Source: Camelus ferus
Taxonomy: Eukaryota
Assembly: GCF_009834535.1 (NCBI RefSeq)
Contig: NC_045697.1
Location: 36,706,001-36,770,000, forward strand
Direction: 5' to 3'
Length of the DNA: 64,000 nt
Shown here: in pieces, positions 35,295 to 48,669 of the stretch
Position numbering within the stretch: the stretch's first letter is position 1
How the letters are laid out: each line of letters starts with the position of its first letter
The notes under the pieces: generated by a model
Told to the model about the DNA's origin: nothing
The model's database searches: none
Seen by the model: only the letters and a program-made list of their open reading frames with translations
Translations under genes and position numbers: made by a program

Positions 35295-35960
35295 ACTTTT
35301 TTTTTTTTAATATTTTACTTGTTTCTCCCACTTAACAATACATACAATGAGTAAGTCATAGTATGTTTAATTCCCCTGTTTTGGACAGCCTGCTTGTTTC
35401 CAGTATTTTATTATTCTAAACAACCAATAGCTAAATCTTTGTGCAAATTCCTTATTTCCTTAGGATAAATTCCTAGAGGTGTCAAGTCAAAGCTGTGCAT
35501 GTTGTGGGGCTTCTTAGAATGGCTGTTTCCAAACTGCAACCTTCCCAGCACTCACCTTCCACTCCTGTTTTATCAGTCTTCACCCTATCTATCCTACCAA
35601 GGCTAAATCTGAGTAATGTCAATCTTTTCTTCTGCTAATCAGATCATGTACAAGTGGTGTCTCACTGTTGTTTTACTTTGCATTCTTTAATTACCTGTGA
35701 GATCAATTATTTTTCATATATGTATTGTCCATTCATTTTCTTTATGTTAACTTAGTATTCATGCCCTTACTCCATTTTTTTCTATTACAGTATTCCTCTT
35801 TTTCTTCGTAAGAGCCCTTTACTTGTAAAAGATATTCTTTATCAGCTTTTACTACAAGTTATATATTTCTTTAAGATTTTTGCCATATAATAAAAAAAAT
35901 TTTTTTCAGATTAAAAAAAAAGGTTTCTGCCTTAGAATCATGCTTACAAAATTTTCCATT
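35295..35960 (-). mobile_element. L1ME-type fragment, antisense
   Basis: ttgtttccagtatttt...ttatttccttaggataaattcctagaggtg...gtggtgtctcactgttgttttactttgcatt. Confidence 0.75.
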
Positions 35961-36699
35961 CATCTCTGCTCTCTGAGGGAAGATAGTGGCTTTTAGACAA
36001 TGCTTCATCAAACCTCCATGGCTATTCTTTATGCATTTTTGAACAAAAAGAGCAGAGGCAGTGAATAGAAGCAGTGAGACTTAAGTTACAGTGGAATAAA
36101 ATCCTATATATTTTTGCTTACTAGAGTTGGTTTGCTTCTGCTAATTTATCACAGAGCATGAAAAGTCCAGTAAATCCCCCCCAATACACAATGATGCTGA
36201 AAGGCACGCTGCTGCTTCATTTGAATGCTCGCATTCATTTAGAGCCGTTTCTCTGGGGGGAGGTTCTGAGCAGGCACCCTCAACTTCCCTGTTAAATATG
36301 CAGTTTATTAAACTAGTTGGAGTGACTGCCTCTAAAGCAGAGCTGAGGCAGGAGCTGCTTTGTTAAGGGAGCATTTCCCATAGACGTGCTGAGGATGCAA
36401 AGGTAATCAGTCCACGGGAGTGGGGGTGGGTGGGCTGGCGAAGCCCTCTGCTCAGGATCACCATCTTTCCAAAGATTCAGAACCACAGAAACAACTGGCT
36501 TCTCTGAATTCCATAGGGGTACATGTGCTTTTGCACAGGAGAAATTCATTTTGTCCAAAGGGGATTATTTCCTACAACAGGGTAATAGCCAACAGGAAAA
36601 CCTCACCAATGTTATCTAGAAATCCACTCTGTTACTCAACACACGTCTCAGCGTCTAGAATACATCTTAGTTTTGTGCCTGCCCAGCACCCACTCTCTC

Positions 36700-37205
36700 T
36701 TCTTGGGTTGATGGAACTTTGATTTTCTTCAAGGAATCTTACTGCCCTCCCTCTCCAAATCTGTAATTTGAGGATGGAGGTACTAAGACCACCCTCTGAC
36801 ACTACAGAGATAGGAGTTGGACCTAGCCAATCAGAGCATTTCATTCCCCTTGGCTACGGTGATTGGTTCATGGATGGGCACACGACCAAAGCTAGACCAT
36901 TAAGATTCGATTCCTAGACTTTTCTTTATTATTAGGAAAGAGGTAAGTTCTTCTCACTAGGGATGCTGACAGGTTGTGAGCCTGGACTTTGGTCTCCTCC
37001 TTGTCCCACTATGGGAGGAGCCAGTCTGAATGAAACCTACTCACAGGAAGGCAGATTCAAGAAATAGAAAGTGGCTGAGTCCTGACTCCTACAGTAAGTC
37101 CCTAGACCGACCCATGCCTGAAACTGGAATCTCTCCTAAACTGCTTCCTGAGCCAATAAACTCTCTTTTTGCTTACATTTGTGTGAGATGAGATTTTCAT
37201 CATCT
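36700..37205 (+). mobile_element. LTR16-type ERVL LTR
   Basis: cctagccaatcagagcatttcattccccttggctacggtgattggttcatggatgggcacacgaccaaagc...tgagccaataaactctctttttgctt. Confidence 0.8.
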
Positions 37206-37924
37206 GAGCAATATTTCTAAAAGTGGCAACTTCTTATTAGCTCTAGACACCTTGGCAGTAAAGCCAAGTGTAAAAGGAGGTGACCCTGGAGTCTTGGTTG
37301 TAGCCCTACCTCCACTAGCCACTTTCAAATCCTTGGGCTAGTGGCTTTATCTGCGTGGGGTCACTTTTCTCATTGTAAAAAGGTTTTTGGAAAAAAAAGA
37401 ATCTCTAAATGTCTCTTCTAGGGCCATAAGTCTTGGCTCTGTGATAACACTGTGTCAACACTTCAAGTTAATCTGAGGTTCTGTCTCCAGCTGCCACCTC
37501 CACACCCAATGACAAATAACACTGATTTATTTTAAAAGCTAAAAACCAAATCATAAGTACCATGTATGCTTTAAGGGACTACCAGATAAACCAGAACTAT
37601 CTCCAAAACATTGCTAGGATGTACATTCCTCTGGAATTGTGCTAATGAAGTAATATATTAATGCATTAACTATCATAACTATTGTATAGGTTGGTAATAA
37701 ATATTTTGCTTTTTAAAAGTCTACTGCTCCAGTTTTGCTAAGCTAAAGTAAACGAAGATCCCAGTATGTCAACAGATGACACAAGTGTTCAGAAGTGACA
37801 CTGTCTGCTCCAAGCAGAGGAACAGAGAAAATGGGAAGAGAAGCTGGCCACACTCCTAAGTCTCTTTAGTCATATCTCCATTATTTACTGTGGTGAATTA
37901 GCAATGCTCAGAACTTCAAGCACA

Positions 37925-38230
37925 GTCATGGAATGACCTTTCAGAAATACAAGTCGAATCATATAACTCCTCTGCTTCTAAGCTTTCATTGACTCTCCAG
38001 TGCCTTTAGGACTAAGTCCAAAACCCTTGATGATATAAGTAAGCTCTTTGTGGTGTGAGCCTTGCTTTTAATTCCATATTGCAGCATCATCTTCTGTCAT
38101 TCATCTTTATGTAACTAACCTAACCTAACCCATACTAAGTAAGTAGGTTAATGCATATAAAACACTTGGCATACTTCCTGGCATTTAGTAAAAGCTTATA
38201 AATGTTGGCTATCAATTTTGCACATAAGTG
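37925..38230 (+). mobile_element. L2 fragment followed by a MIR 3' fragment
   Basis: gaatgacctttcagaaatacaagtcgaatcatataactcctctgctt...ctaagtccaaa; then gttaatgcatataaaacacttggcatacttcctggc. Confidence 0.65.
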
Positions 38231-38234
38231 ATAC

Positions 38235-38696
38235 AGTTCCCCCGAAGATGCATCACGGGTCCTGGGTCTGTCTGTCCTGAATCCAACCTCACCATACTGA
38301 CCCTTGCAGGCTGCATTGTTTCGGATGGCAAAGCTGGTTGGGTTAGGCCAGCAAGAGGCACTGGTGAAATAATGGAGGATAGGAAGAAGAAGGAACCAGG
38401 GTATTTCTCTCCTTGCTGCCTCGGTGGCTCCTGCAGCAGTAAGTATGTCTCTTCTATAATTCCGGCTCTTATCAAGCAGGCCCACTGTTGTTTCAGCTTC
38501 TGATCCGTTCTTTCTCCCTCTCGCAGAAGTGATGGTGGCTTCCTGCACATGCCAACTTCTGCATTGCTTCACCATCCCCATGTTTAACTCTGAGCATCTC
38601 TCTCTACCATATAGCCAATCCCCTGCTTTAAATTCCCTCTATTGTAAGTACTTAGAGAGGTGTCTGTTCTCCTGCAGAGACCCTGACTGATTCACA
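38235..38696 (+). mobile_element. ERVL LTR (LTR41-like)
   Basis: gatggtggcttcctgcac...tgcttcaccatcccc...ttaaattccctct...gtgtctgttctcctgcagagaccctgactgattca. Confidence 0.55.
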
Positions 38697-39059
38697 TAAC
38701 CTGCTTGCACACCTAAGGCTTTTGCTTATTCTCTACCTTTGCCTCCTCATCCCCAAGGCCAACTGTTAGTCATCTTTTAAGACTTTGTTCTACCATCACT
38801 TCCTCTTTGAAACTGTCTCAGCTTTCCACCCACTTCTTCCTGAAGAATGACGTGGATATCCCTCTTCTATACATCTCTCTCATAGTAAGTGGCTTAGTCT
38901 TGGAACCACTATAGATTTAATTTTCTTAAAAGCAAGTATACTGCTGTATTCAACGTGGTATCACAAACATATCATATAGAAGATGTTAAGTGTTTACTGA
39001 ATGAATGACTAAATAACTAAAAACACACTTCTTAAATCCAGATAAAAATAATTATAAAC

Positions 39060-39540
39060 TGTCCTTGTGCCAGACACACTATGTTACTCATCCAACAGTT
39101 CACATCTCCTTTTTTCTTGCTAACAGAACCCTTGTTCTGTTTGGAGCAGCCAGGTGCCTAGCCCTAGGAAGTACTTGCTTTTACAGCCTCCCTTTCAGCT
39201 CAAGGGGGCCGTGAGCCAGGTCTCTCCAGTGAAGCAAATGAAGACTGCTGGGAAGGTTCTGGGAAAGCTTTGCTTTCCTAATAAAAGGGAAAAGTCACCT
39301 TCTTCTCATTCTGTTTTTTCTATGTCTTGAATGTTGATGTGATATCTGGACCTACTGCAGCTAACATGAAACTATGAGTATGAAGAAAACAAAAAGGATG
39401 AGGGGGAACCCCAGTACATTTAAGATAGCAAAGCAAGGAGTAGGATGAATACAGATCTCATAGCATCACTGGATTTTGTGATACAGGAGAAAAAGAAACT
39501 CTTCCTTTTATGCTATTGTTCTTTCAATTTTGTATCATAG
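39060..39540 (+). mobile_element. MLT1 (J/K/L-like) LTR, decayed
   Basis: tgtgccagacac...tcttgctaacagaaccc...ttttacagcctcccttcagct...ctgggaaagctttgctttcctaataaaag...gatgtgatatctgga. Confidence 0.55.
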
Positions 39541-39675
39541 AATTTGCCATTTGGGGATAATCTATTGTTGTTCCCTCTTATCATCCCAGATAAAGGGCAA
39601 CAGAGTCACAATTAGATTGTCCCAAACCTGCAGCTAATGTGGGGAGTCCAAAGAAAAAACAGTAGGATGATGGGA

Positions 39676-40126
39676 ATGATGGTTAATTTTTTGTGTTCAA
39701 CTTGGCTAGGCCATGCTATCCAGCTTTGGTAAAACACCAGTCTAGATGTTGCTGTGAATGTATTTTTTTAGATGAGATTAACATTTAAATCAGTAGGCTT
39801 TGAGTAAAGCTGATTATCCTCCATAATGTGGATGGGCCTCATCCCATCAGGTGAAGGCCTTAAGAGAGAATGGCTGAAGTTCCCCAAGAAGAGTCTGCCT
39901 GCAGACTGCTTTGGACTTAATCTGCAGCAACAATTCTTCCCTGGGTTTCTAGCCTGTAGCCTGCCTTACAGACTTCAGACTTGCCAGCCCTCACAATTGT
40001 GTAAGACGATTCCTTAAAATCTCTCCCTCTCTCTCCTAAATGTCTGTATCTATATCTATATAAAACAGAACCATATATATATATGAAACAGAATAGGATA
40101 TTTATGTATCATCTGAGACATATATA

Positions 40127-40196
<70 letters not shown>

Positions 40197-40229
40197 TATA
40201 TATCTCCTATTGGTTCTGTTCTGAGACAT

Positions 40230-40264
<35 letters not shown>

Positions 40265-40372
40265 AAAAAACCAGTAGGATATATATGTGTATCATGTGAG
40301 ATATGTGTGTGTGTGTGTGTGTGTGTGTGTAGCCCACTGGTTCTGCTTCTCCAGAGACCCATCACTAACACA
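39676..40372 (+). mobile_element. MLT2 (MLT2D-like) ERVL solo LTR with a rearranged microsatellite tail
   Basis: tgatggttaattttttgtgttcaacttggctaggcc...gatgagattaacatttaaatcagtaggc...gatgggcctcatcc...cttgccagccctcacaattg...ctggttctgcttctccagagacccatcactaacaca. Confidence 0.9.
40120..40330. repeat. Compound (TG)n/(TA)n/(CA)n microsatellite
   Basis: Alternating purine-pyrimidine runs, seen directly. Confidence 0.95.
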
Positions 40373-41265
40373 TTGGGTATGTAGAAACTGAGGGAAAGAA
40401 TAAGGTTTTAGTGGGAAACAAAGACCCTCTTGAGATATATACCTCAGCAAAAACCATTAAGAATTGTCATTCCAAATTTTGTTGAGTGTGTTTATGATTT
40501 TTGGGGGGGCAATCTGGATAAAGAAAGGACTTGATCTAACCCACTTTCTCTTTTGATCAGAGAGTAGTCTACATTCTTTCCAGGCTGAACTGAATTCATC
40601 ATCTGAATTCACTGTGAAGATGTGAAGTCTGTGAAGTCACATCCATTAGAATCTGGCCTAGTGGCCAGAATCTTCACAAGCCACTTTTCTACCAAGTGCA
40701 GATGGGAGTCTCCCAGCCCTGGGGTTCACATCTGTGATCTCATTCTATCATCCAGGGGGTTTCTTTATTGTTGTCAGAGTTAAAACTGTAGCCCTGCCTC
40801 CTGTTGCTTGGAATGAAAATTATGGGATGAGAACCTATCAACAGGAGTGAATTATGTATGAAATCAGGTTTTGGCATTTTAACTTCTGAGCATTGTGCTA
40901 GGTCGGATTGCTGAGAAATGACAGCATTTCTGAATAGTGGGATGAAAGGCATACTAAAGCACAGATGTCAGTCTGGTTCTCACCTGTTCTTCACTAGTGG
41001 CTGCAAACTCTGAAACAGACTGGCCTCGGGCAGAATCAGTCACTGCTGGGATTTGACTCGTCTTCCAGGTCTGCTTTATGTCTTTCAGCCATTAATCTCT
41101 ACAATGGTTCCTTTCCTTTGGTGGCCACCACTACCATCTCCTCCTCTCCCGACAAAGGGACAGAAGATAGAAAAACTCTTTCTCTCTGAGATACCTCCCA
41201 AAGCCTCCTTTATGCAGATGGGTAATCTAATCAGAAAAACTGTGAGCCTTTATATGCTCATCTAG

Positions 41266-41420
41266 CAAGTTTTGGCAAACCACGGTCCTTGGGCCAAATC
41301 CAGCCTCTATAGATAGTCGTCTCATGTTAAAAAGAGAAGACTATGTGACAGAAACCACATGTAGCCTACAAAGCCTAGAATATTTACTCTCTGGCCCTTA
41401 ACAGTTTGCTGACCCCTCTG
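41266..41420. mobile_element. MER58-family MITE, internally deleted
   Basis: ggcaaaccacggtccttgggccaaatccagcc...tagcctacaaagcctagaatatttactctctggccctt...gtttgctgacccct. Confidence 0.75.
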
Positions 41421-41679
41421 GATTCCAGAGGAATAAAATCCTTAGCAGTGGAATCATAGGCATGAGTGAGAGATGGAGGAGTTTTGTGGTATGAGGCTTG
41501 GGCCAGCTTTGTTTAAAAACAAGCAAGCAAAAAAGATACAAAGAGAAGTCCCTGAACATTGAGACTGAACAACTTGTCCCCAGGAAATGGATACACTGTT
41601 GACAGACTTCTTTGACTGGGAAAAGTGCCTTGATGATCATGGATTCTGTTGGCAAGGAAACACTACGTGTTTCTGTTAA

Positions 41680-41895
41680 TACATACTTACCTCCCCCCAG
41701 GTACTGCCCAAAGCACTTTTCATGCATTTATCCCCCTAAATCCACACCAAGACTCTAAGAGGAAGATGTAGTTACTAGCCCCAGTTTATGGATAATTCCC
41801 GTAGATCTAATTGGTCCAGGATACACAGTAGGTTAGAGGAAGAACCCGGACTCAAATCTGTGACTGACATCTACACATCACCACCCCTCTGCATT
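41680..41895 (-). mobile_element. MIR SINE
   Basis: ccaggtactgcccaaagcacttttcatgc...ttactagccccagtttatggat...ccaggatacacag...ggactcaaatc. Confidence 0.6.
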
Positions 41896-41957
41896 GCTTT
41901 CCAGTTCTGACAAAGAGAGTGAGGGGAGTTTTCCTTCCACAGCCCCTTGGAAGGTTC

Positions 41958-42214
41958 TTTGCTGTTGTCATTGTTGAAGTATAGTTGACTTACAATGTTG
42001 TATTAGTTTCTGGTGTACAGCATAGTGACTGTGTTATACATATATACACATATTCTTTTTCATTATAGGTTATTACAAGCTACTGAATATAGTTCCCTGT
42101 GCTATACAGTAGGACCTTGTTTATTTTATATATAGTAGCTTGTATCTGCTAATCTCAAACTCCTAATCCATCCCTGCACCCTCCCCTTTCCCCTTTGGTA
42201 ACCATAAGTCCCTG
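41958..42214 (-). mobile_element. Lineage-specific (cetartiodactyl/camelid-type) 5'-truncated L1 with TSD
   Basis: ttgaagtatagttgacttacaatgttg...aatatagttccctgtgctatacagtaggaccttg...cctttggtaaccataag; identical 11-bp TSD ttggaaggttc at 41947-41957 and 42215-42225. Confidence 0.9.
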
Positions 42215-42736
42215 TTGGAAGGTTCCTGCTTCTTGAACATGCTTACCCATGCTTCTCTGCCCTTCTGTTTCCCATCCCCTGGCCCCGTCCTCTCCAGCCT
42301 ACTTCCTCTCCTAACCTCGGTCCCAGCGTGGGGGTGGACGGAGGCGCAGGCAGTACAGTCACTGAGCTGTATTATGCAACCATGTAATATATCCCAGTCC
42401 TTCAGGAAGTTTGACAAACTGGAATATGTGTTTAGATTTCTAAACTCGGAGACGTTTCAGAGCAAAGAGGAGCAGGCTGTGTCCTCCAGATGGCCACAAA
42501 TGGTTTTTCTCCTCTGTGTACGGCAGGGTTGCAGCTGCCACTGTAATACAGCTGTTTGCAGAGTGTGTGCAGGGGGCATGCAGGGAATGTCAGGGTTGTA
42601 GGCCTGCTTCCTTCTCCCCGAGGAAGGGAGAGCAGCCCGGCCCATTTGTTTCAAGAAGAATTCACGGAAGAGCTGCAGAGGGTTCAAGGCTCCCACCCTG
42701 CACGACACAAGCCTGGGTGCAGCGTGCCTATGAGTG

Positions 42737-43203
42737 TGTATTAGTTTCCTGTGGCTGCCGTAACAAATGACCCTGAATCAGATGGCTTAAAACAATGGAA
42801 ATGTATTCCCTCACAGCTCTGGAGAGAAACAAAGAAGCCCCAAATCAAGGTGCCAGCTGGGCCACACTCCCTCCACGGGCTCTAGGGGACAGTCTGTTCT
42901 TTGCCTCTTCCACCTTCTGGTGGCTGTCTGCTTTCCTCGGCCTGTGGCCTGTACCACCTCAATTTCTGCCTCTGTGGTCACATCACCTCCTCTTCTGTCT
43001 TCTCTTCTGTGTCTTTTACAAGGACACTTGTCACTAGACTTAGGACCAGATATTCAGATAATCCAGAATGATCTCCTCATCTTAAGATCCTTAACTTAAT
43101 TACATCTGCAAAGACCACTTTTTCCAAATAAAGTAACATGCACAGGTTCCAGAGATTAGGACATGGACATGTATTTTTGGGGTCCACCATTCAGCCCACT
43201 GCA
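42737..43203 (-). mobile_element. MLT1C-like MaLR solo LTR
   Basis: tgtattagtttcctgtggctgccgtaacaaat...ggcttaaaacaatggaaatgtatt...ccttaacttaattacatctgcaaagac...caccattcagcccactgca. Confidence 0.9.
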
Positions 43204-43369
43204 GGTGCGTACTAGCAGGGGAGAGAAAAAGAGAGAGGCCAGGGCATGGAGGAAACCAGTTGCCTACCCAAGGATTCTAGCATCAGTCCAGCCAGCTCCA
43301 GTCTCTAATCACATTTTTTAGTCACGGGGAAATATATCATTATTTTGCATAATTAGTGGTCAGTATCAT

Positions 43370-43749
43370 AGACACAGTACTGAAACAGTGTAGATGTCTG
43401 TGCTTATCACGTAATGAGAGTTAAGAGACAGACAGCTTAAGACTCTTACGCTGCTCTATCATCAACTGCGACCCAGGCATCACCTATCCTCCTGTTCCTT
43501 CTCTCTCCATTCAGCCTTAGTTCAAGGCTGCCATCCTTAGATCACCACATGGTCCAACCAGGCTGCCGAAGCTGCAGCCATCACATCAACATTTCAGGCA
43601 GAAAGAAGGAGGGAGATTAGAAAGAGCAAAGCAGCATGTGCTTTCTGAATCAGCTCACTTAAAAGATTTCATAGAGGTACACCCAGTATTTACATCTCAT
43701 TGGCCAGAACATGATGACCCATAGCTGCAAGGGAAGCTAGGAGAAAGAG

Positions 43750-43785
<36 letters not shown>

Positions 43786-43880
43786 AATCTAGGCACACTG
43801 CTATAGTGAATAAAATGAAGGGTCAACTACTAAGGAAGAGGGGGAGACTGGGTATTGGATGGGCAACCAAGGCTCTCAAC
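43370..43880 (-). mobile_element. MLT1J/K-like LTR with internal (GT)n at about 43752-43782
   Basis: gctgccgaagctgcagccatcacatcaacatttcaggcag...catctcattggccagaac...tagctgcaagggaagctaggag...ggatgggcaacc. Confidence 0.7.
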
Positions 43881-43964
43881 CATGGGGCACTTATAAGTCA
43901 TGCAATTCTCAGCACTCACGTGGCAGACACAGAGAACACTGTCACCTTCTTTAACTTGGAATAA

Positions 43965-44190
43965 TAACAAAAGTAGCCAACATTTGCCAAGGCCTCCCCA
44001 TGTGCCCAGCACTGGTCTTGGTTCATTCCAGGTTCATTAAAATTTACAACCCTCTGAGATCGGTCCTATTATAAGATTCCCTTTCATAGATGAGAAAACT
44101 GAGGCTTGGGGAGGCCAAGTTATTGGCTGGAAAGTGCCTGAGCCAGGATCTGAACCAGAGATGCTTGTCCCGTAGCCCAGGCTCCATGAT
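43965..44190 (-). mobile_element. MIR SINE
   Basis: atgtgcccagcactg...acaaccctctgag...tttcatagatgagaaaactgaggctt...gagccaggatctgaaccag. Confidence 0.85.
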
Positions 44191-46419
44191 GCTGCCCCAT
44201 GTGGCCAGGCTGCTGTGAGACCTGGCAGAGCTGGAGGCTAAGATTTTGGTCATTCTGCAGCACAGTGACTGTGGGGGCATGGCCCTGTGGCTACCTTGTC
44301 TCTCTTTTTGCTACATTAACTAGATGTGCAGCACTGACTTGGCCACGATTCTGTGTTATATTTTACTATTCCTTTCAAAATACTTTCTTAATCTTCCCAC
44401 CGTCTACGTAGCCCACAGCCTTCTAAATTCACATATAGGATTATATATGAAATCTATCTATATAAAACACTTGAGTGACTCTTGACTGATTGCTGACTGA
44501 TGGACAGGTGGGGAGGCAGATGGACTCAACCAGACGTAGCTAACTCCCAGCACGTGAAACCTCTGCTCCTTCTCTGTGCCAGAACATCCTGTCCACTCTC
44601 TCACCTCCATGTCTTTGTACCTACCAGCTCTTTTTTCTGGAATGCTCTCCTTTCTCTCTATCATCCTAAATTTCAGCTGCTTCCTCTAAGACCCCAGATC
44701 AAGTGTCCTTTTATCATGGTATCTTCCTTCTCAGACTGCTCTCACTAACGGCTGTCTCTCCGCCCCTCCCCTCCCGTCCCCTGGTCCCCTGTCCCTTTCT
44801 CTTTCCCCACCCCTCGTCAATTTTCAGTCCCTCTTTTCAGTACCACTCCTTTGGCCTGGCATTGTCTTTTGGGCTCATGTGAGGCTGTACATATTTTAAG
44901 TCATAGACTTTTTGAAGCATCTCATGCTTTTTATGTCCTGTGAATCCCCCAGTACCACATCCCTTCACTCCCACCTCTCTCCACAGCCCGAGATGCAGTC
45001 ACAGTGCCTTACAGCATGGGTTCAGAGAGTTACACACCTGGTGAAGAGCCCTCATGCACTCTCACGTGTTGTATGCGCGTGTTCATTTCACAATCCTGTT
45101 TATTTAGCCAAGACACAGAGAGAAAGGGAAGGGAAGTGGCCACGCCAGGCAAGAGCAGGTGCAGCGTGTCTGGATGGCGTTTCTCCTTCGCTCCTGGGTT
45201 CCCTCACAATGCACAGCTGCCGGCAGGACTCTGCGGATGGGGCTCTGCCAGAGTGGAGGAAATGGCCCAGGCCTTGCTCGGCCACTGTCCTTTCAGCCTC
45301 GGGCTCACCCCACCCAGGAAGAACTTCCACTTGCAGTCCATGTACTTGCATTTGTGGGACTGTTTACAAGCACCAGGCTCTCCTGGATCTGACCTGGACT
45401 CAGCACCCGTGAGACCACATCCTCATCTGGGGGAGAAGGCAGGGTCAGGGCCAGGAGACCCCAGCTGGACATCCTCTCTGCCCCAGCTCTCAGCATCCCT
45501 GACAGTCCTGTTTCCTGATCTTGCCCAGGTGGATGGGATTCTGAATCTCCCTGTCACCTAGAGAAAGGACTCCATCCTAGTGGAAATCAAGGAACCTTAC
45601 AAAGGACATGAGGTCAACAGCAGAGCAGGGCCAAGCACACTCTGCTTCCCTGGCTCTTCTGATGCTGCCTGGAGGAGACAAGGCGTTACACCCACAGTGG
45701 GCTCTGCCTCTCCTTACCTTTGCTTTCTGCCCTGGGCTTCACCAGCCAGTATTGGAGGGGAACAGGCTCTTCACTGTGTGTACTTTATGAATCCATAAGT
45801 CTCAGCAGCATCAGCTCCATTGCGAGTGACTGCATTTAACAAATTTGGGGAGAACCCCAAATCCCACTCCCTTTGGTCTTGTCAAGGATAAGACAGAGAG
45901 CTGATGTTAAACCAAAGTATTCGCTGACATAGTTCTTTATAACCTAAACACTCCCAGCGACTCAGCTAGAACCAGCCTCTAAGTCAAGTTGATACTGGCT
46001 CAGGATGGAGCTCCATGAATTAGATGTGTATTCATGTTCCATACATGGATAAGCCCTTAGTAGGTGCGTTGATGACTGTTTACTGGACACAATGGTGTAG
46101 GGCATGCATCTACATTCTGCGCTTCAGGAGCATCTTAAACCTCCTCTTCTTCAGATGCCCCTCATGCCCCATATTCAGTTACCAAGTCTTAAAGATTACT
46201 CCTTCACAGAACCCATCCCTGTCTTCCTAGCCCCATCATCACCACCATGCCATGTGAGGCACTTACCTGCTCACGCCTGGACTCAGAGCTGGTATTGCAA
46301 TTTGTCTTCACTCTACCTTAAAATCCCTGCCCTTACACTTTGCTGCCTCCTTCCATCTTTATTTCATCTACCTCTTCGCTTTGCCCAGTTTCTCCTCCCC
46401 CTCTCTTTCTCTCTCTGTT

Positions 46420-46910
46420 GAGGAATAAATTACATCAAGTGCACACATCTTACCTGTAGAGCGCCATATATCTGTACACAGGCACACACCTGTACTACCA
46501 CCAGCAGTAAAGATATGGACCATTTCCAGCCCTCTCCCCCAGCAGGCTCCTCTGCGGCCATTCCTAGCTGGTACCCTCCTCCAGGGTGACCATGATTCTG
46601 AACTCCATCACCCATCGATTAGTCATGTCTATTTCTGAGCACCACAGAATTGCAGTCATACAATAGGAATGCTTGTGTCTGTACTATGTCAATCTGTGCT
46701 TCTCTCACTCAGAACTGTGTCTGTGAGCCTCATCTATGTCATTCATAAAATACTAGTATTTTATTTTTCTTTGCTGTGTAGTAATCCATGGTATGAATGA
46801 CTATGCTGCAATTTCTTTAACCACTGCCCCTGTTGACAGACATCTGAGTTTCCAGTTTGGGGCTATTCCAAATGAAGCTGCTGTGAACATTCTTATCCAA
46901 GTCTTTGATT
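46420..46910. mobile_element. L1ME-type fragments
   Basis: ttgaggaataaattacatcaagtgcacac...; antisense ttgctgtgtagtaatccatggtatgaat...tgttgacagacatctgagtttccagtttggggctatt...gctgctgtgaacattc. Confidence 0.7.
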
Positions 46911-48669
46911 GCTCCTCATGCCCCACCTCAGTTTCTAATCCCTCCTTTCCCAGGTTTCTTCACCTCAGCCTACACACGTAGCCTGGACTCTGAACTCTTC
47001 TAATTTAAAAGAAGGAAATAAAACAGAAAACAATTCAAAAAAACCGTTTTCCAACCAGAGTCCACCTATTCACCACTCTTCTAATCTCCTTCCTTTGTTC
47101 CCCAAACTCGCTCCAGGAAGGACCCCTGGGGTCTCCACATCTGCAGCGCTCACTCAGGGCACAATGCCTCGTGGGGCTAGTCCTCTCCTGGCCCCTCTTC
47201 CCCCTACACTCACCAATGCAGACATGTCTCCTCCCCTGGAGCCAGTGATGAAATGACACTTAGGATGCTCTATGTCCTCCCATCTCTGTCTGCAGCCCCA
47301 GCCCCGCCCTCCCAAACCAACTTCTAATATCACTGATTTTATCTCCGTTCCTCAGCTGGGAGCCATCCCCACTCCTCTGGGCCCTACTGTTTGTCATTCT
47401 AGCCTCTTTCCTGGCATTCACCACTGTCTGCCTAGCATTATTGTTACTTGGGAGTACCTCCCATTACCTGCCTGGGTGTATGATCTGTGTCTGAGTCACC
47501 TCTGATCTGTCCTGACTCCCAGCACCATGGCTGGCACTGATAAGGCTTATTACTAAATGAATACTATCATTCATTTATTACTTATTATTAATAATTATTA
47601 AGTGATTTATTATTAAATCATTTGCTACCTCTACCCATATTATGAAGAATCTACCTCTGAAACACATCTGAAAAGTTTAAAGCTTTTAAACTTTAAAAAA
47701 CAAGATGAGGGAATCTAGTGTGTGTGTGTGTGTGTCTGTGTGTGTGTGGCCTCAGAATTCTCAGGTCAGGGTGGCCTTGAGTCGACTGACCACATCAGTG
47801 CCTGAGGATGCGGGGGCTGCGTGGGGCCACTCAGGCCACACAAGGACAGGCTGCTTTTGGACATTCAGGTGGTTTCAGAGATCCTTCAGCCCCGAGTCAA
47901 CCTCACTGAGGACTGCAACACTCAGAAGAGGGCAGAAGAGGGAAAGATCACAGGCATTCACCAGACCCTGCGGCTGACTGCAGCTAACTCAGCCTTGCAG
48001 AATTTCTTTGTGATGCCTCAGAGTCAATTTTTTTATCCCAATATTTTCACTACTCGATGACAGCTGGTTTTTCTATTTGATTTCTGCCTGTGTGCACCAG
48101 GGTGTGATTGAAAGGAACCAACTTTATCCTCCAGTTTTCCTCTTGGTCTTGAAATAAGACCAACCTAACTAAACCCACGATTTACCGAAAGTTAGGTGGG
48201 TATGACATCACTTTTGGATGCCAAACACTCAAGTTTTTCACCATAGACTAAGCCTGTAGGACTCTGCCCGCCAGCCAGGGAAATGATGCCCTGCAGGGGA
48301 ACACGGCCTTCTTTGTAACATTCCTGCCTAGGCATTTCTGTTCCCTTCGTGGGCCGTCCCTCAGAGACAGGCTGTGAAAGTCTCCTCTCCTTTCCAACGA
48401 GCACTACCAAAAGGGCAGCTTTCTCAGTTGTCTGGGACTCACATTTCAGAAGAAATGTTAGTTCAATGACTTCTTGGTTTCACATTTTAATCTAGAAATA
48501 TTTTTGATCTAGTGGTCTGAGTGGCAACCTTGGTTTTTATCCTCAAAGGGGAAAAGATGGTGAAATTTGCTTGAAAGGCAGCCTCCAAGATGAGCCTTGT
48601 AACTATGAATCACTCACTAACATTTTCTGGGAGGGAAAAAAAAGGCGATTGGCTTTTTGAAAATACACA

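Noticed and set aside
41682..41695. ATACTTACCT, identical to the U1 snRNA 5' end or a strong minus-strand donor; similar isolated donors near 45713, 46262 and 59601
   Set aside because: The U1 match stops after 10 nt. Isolated donor motifs without a paired acceptor and open frame are expected by chance.
44912..45561. 166-aa and 185-aa overlapping ORFs
   Set aside because: Non-ATG starts, composition typical of GC-rich non-coding DNA, no recognisable homology.
47672..47694. AT-rich 10-bp inverted repeat (aaagtttaaa-gct-tttaaacttt)
   Set aside because: Short and low complexity; expected in AT-rich DNA.
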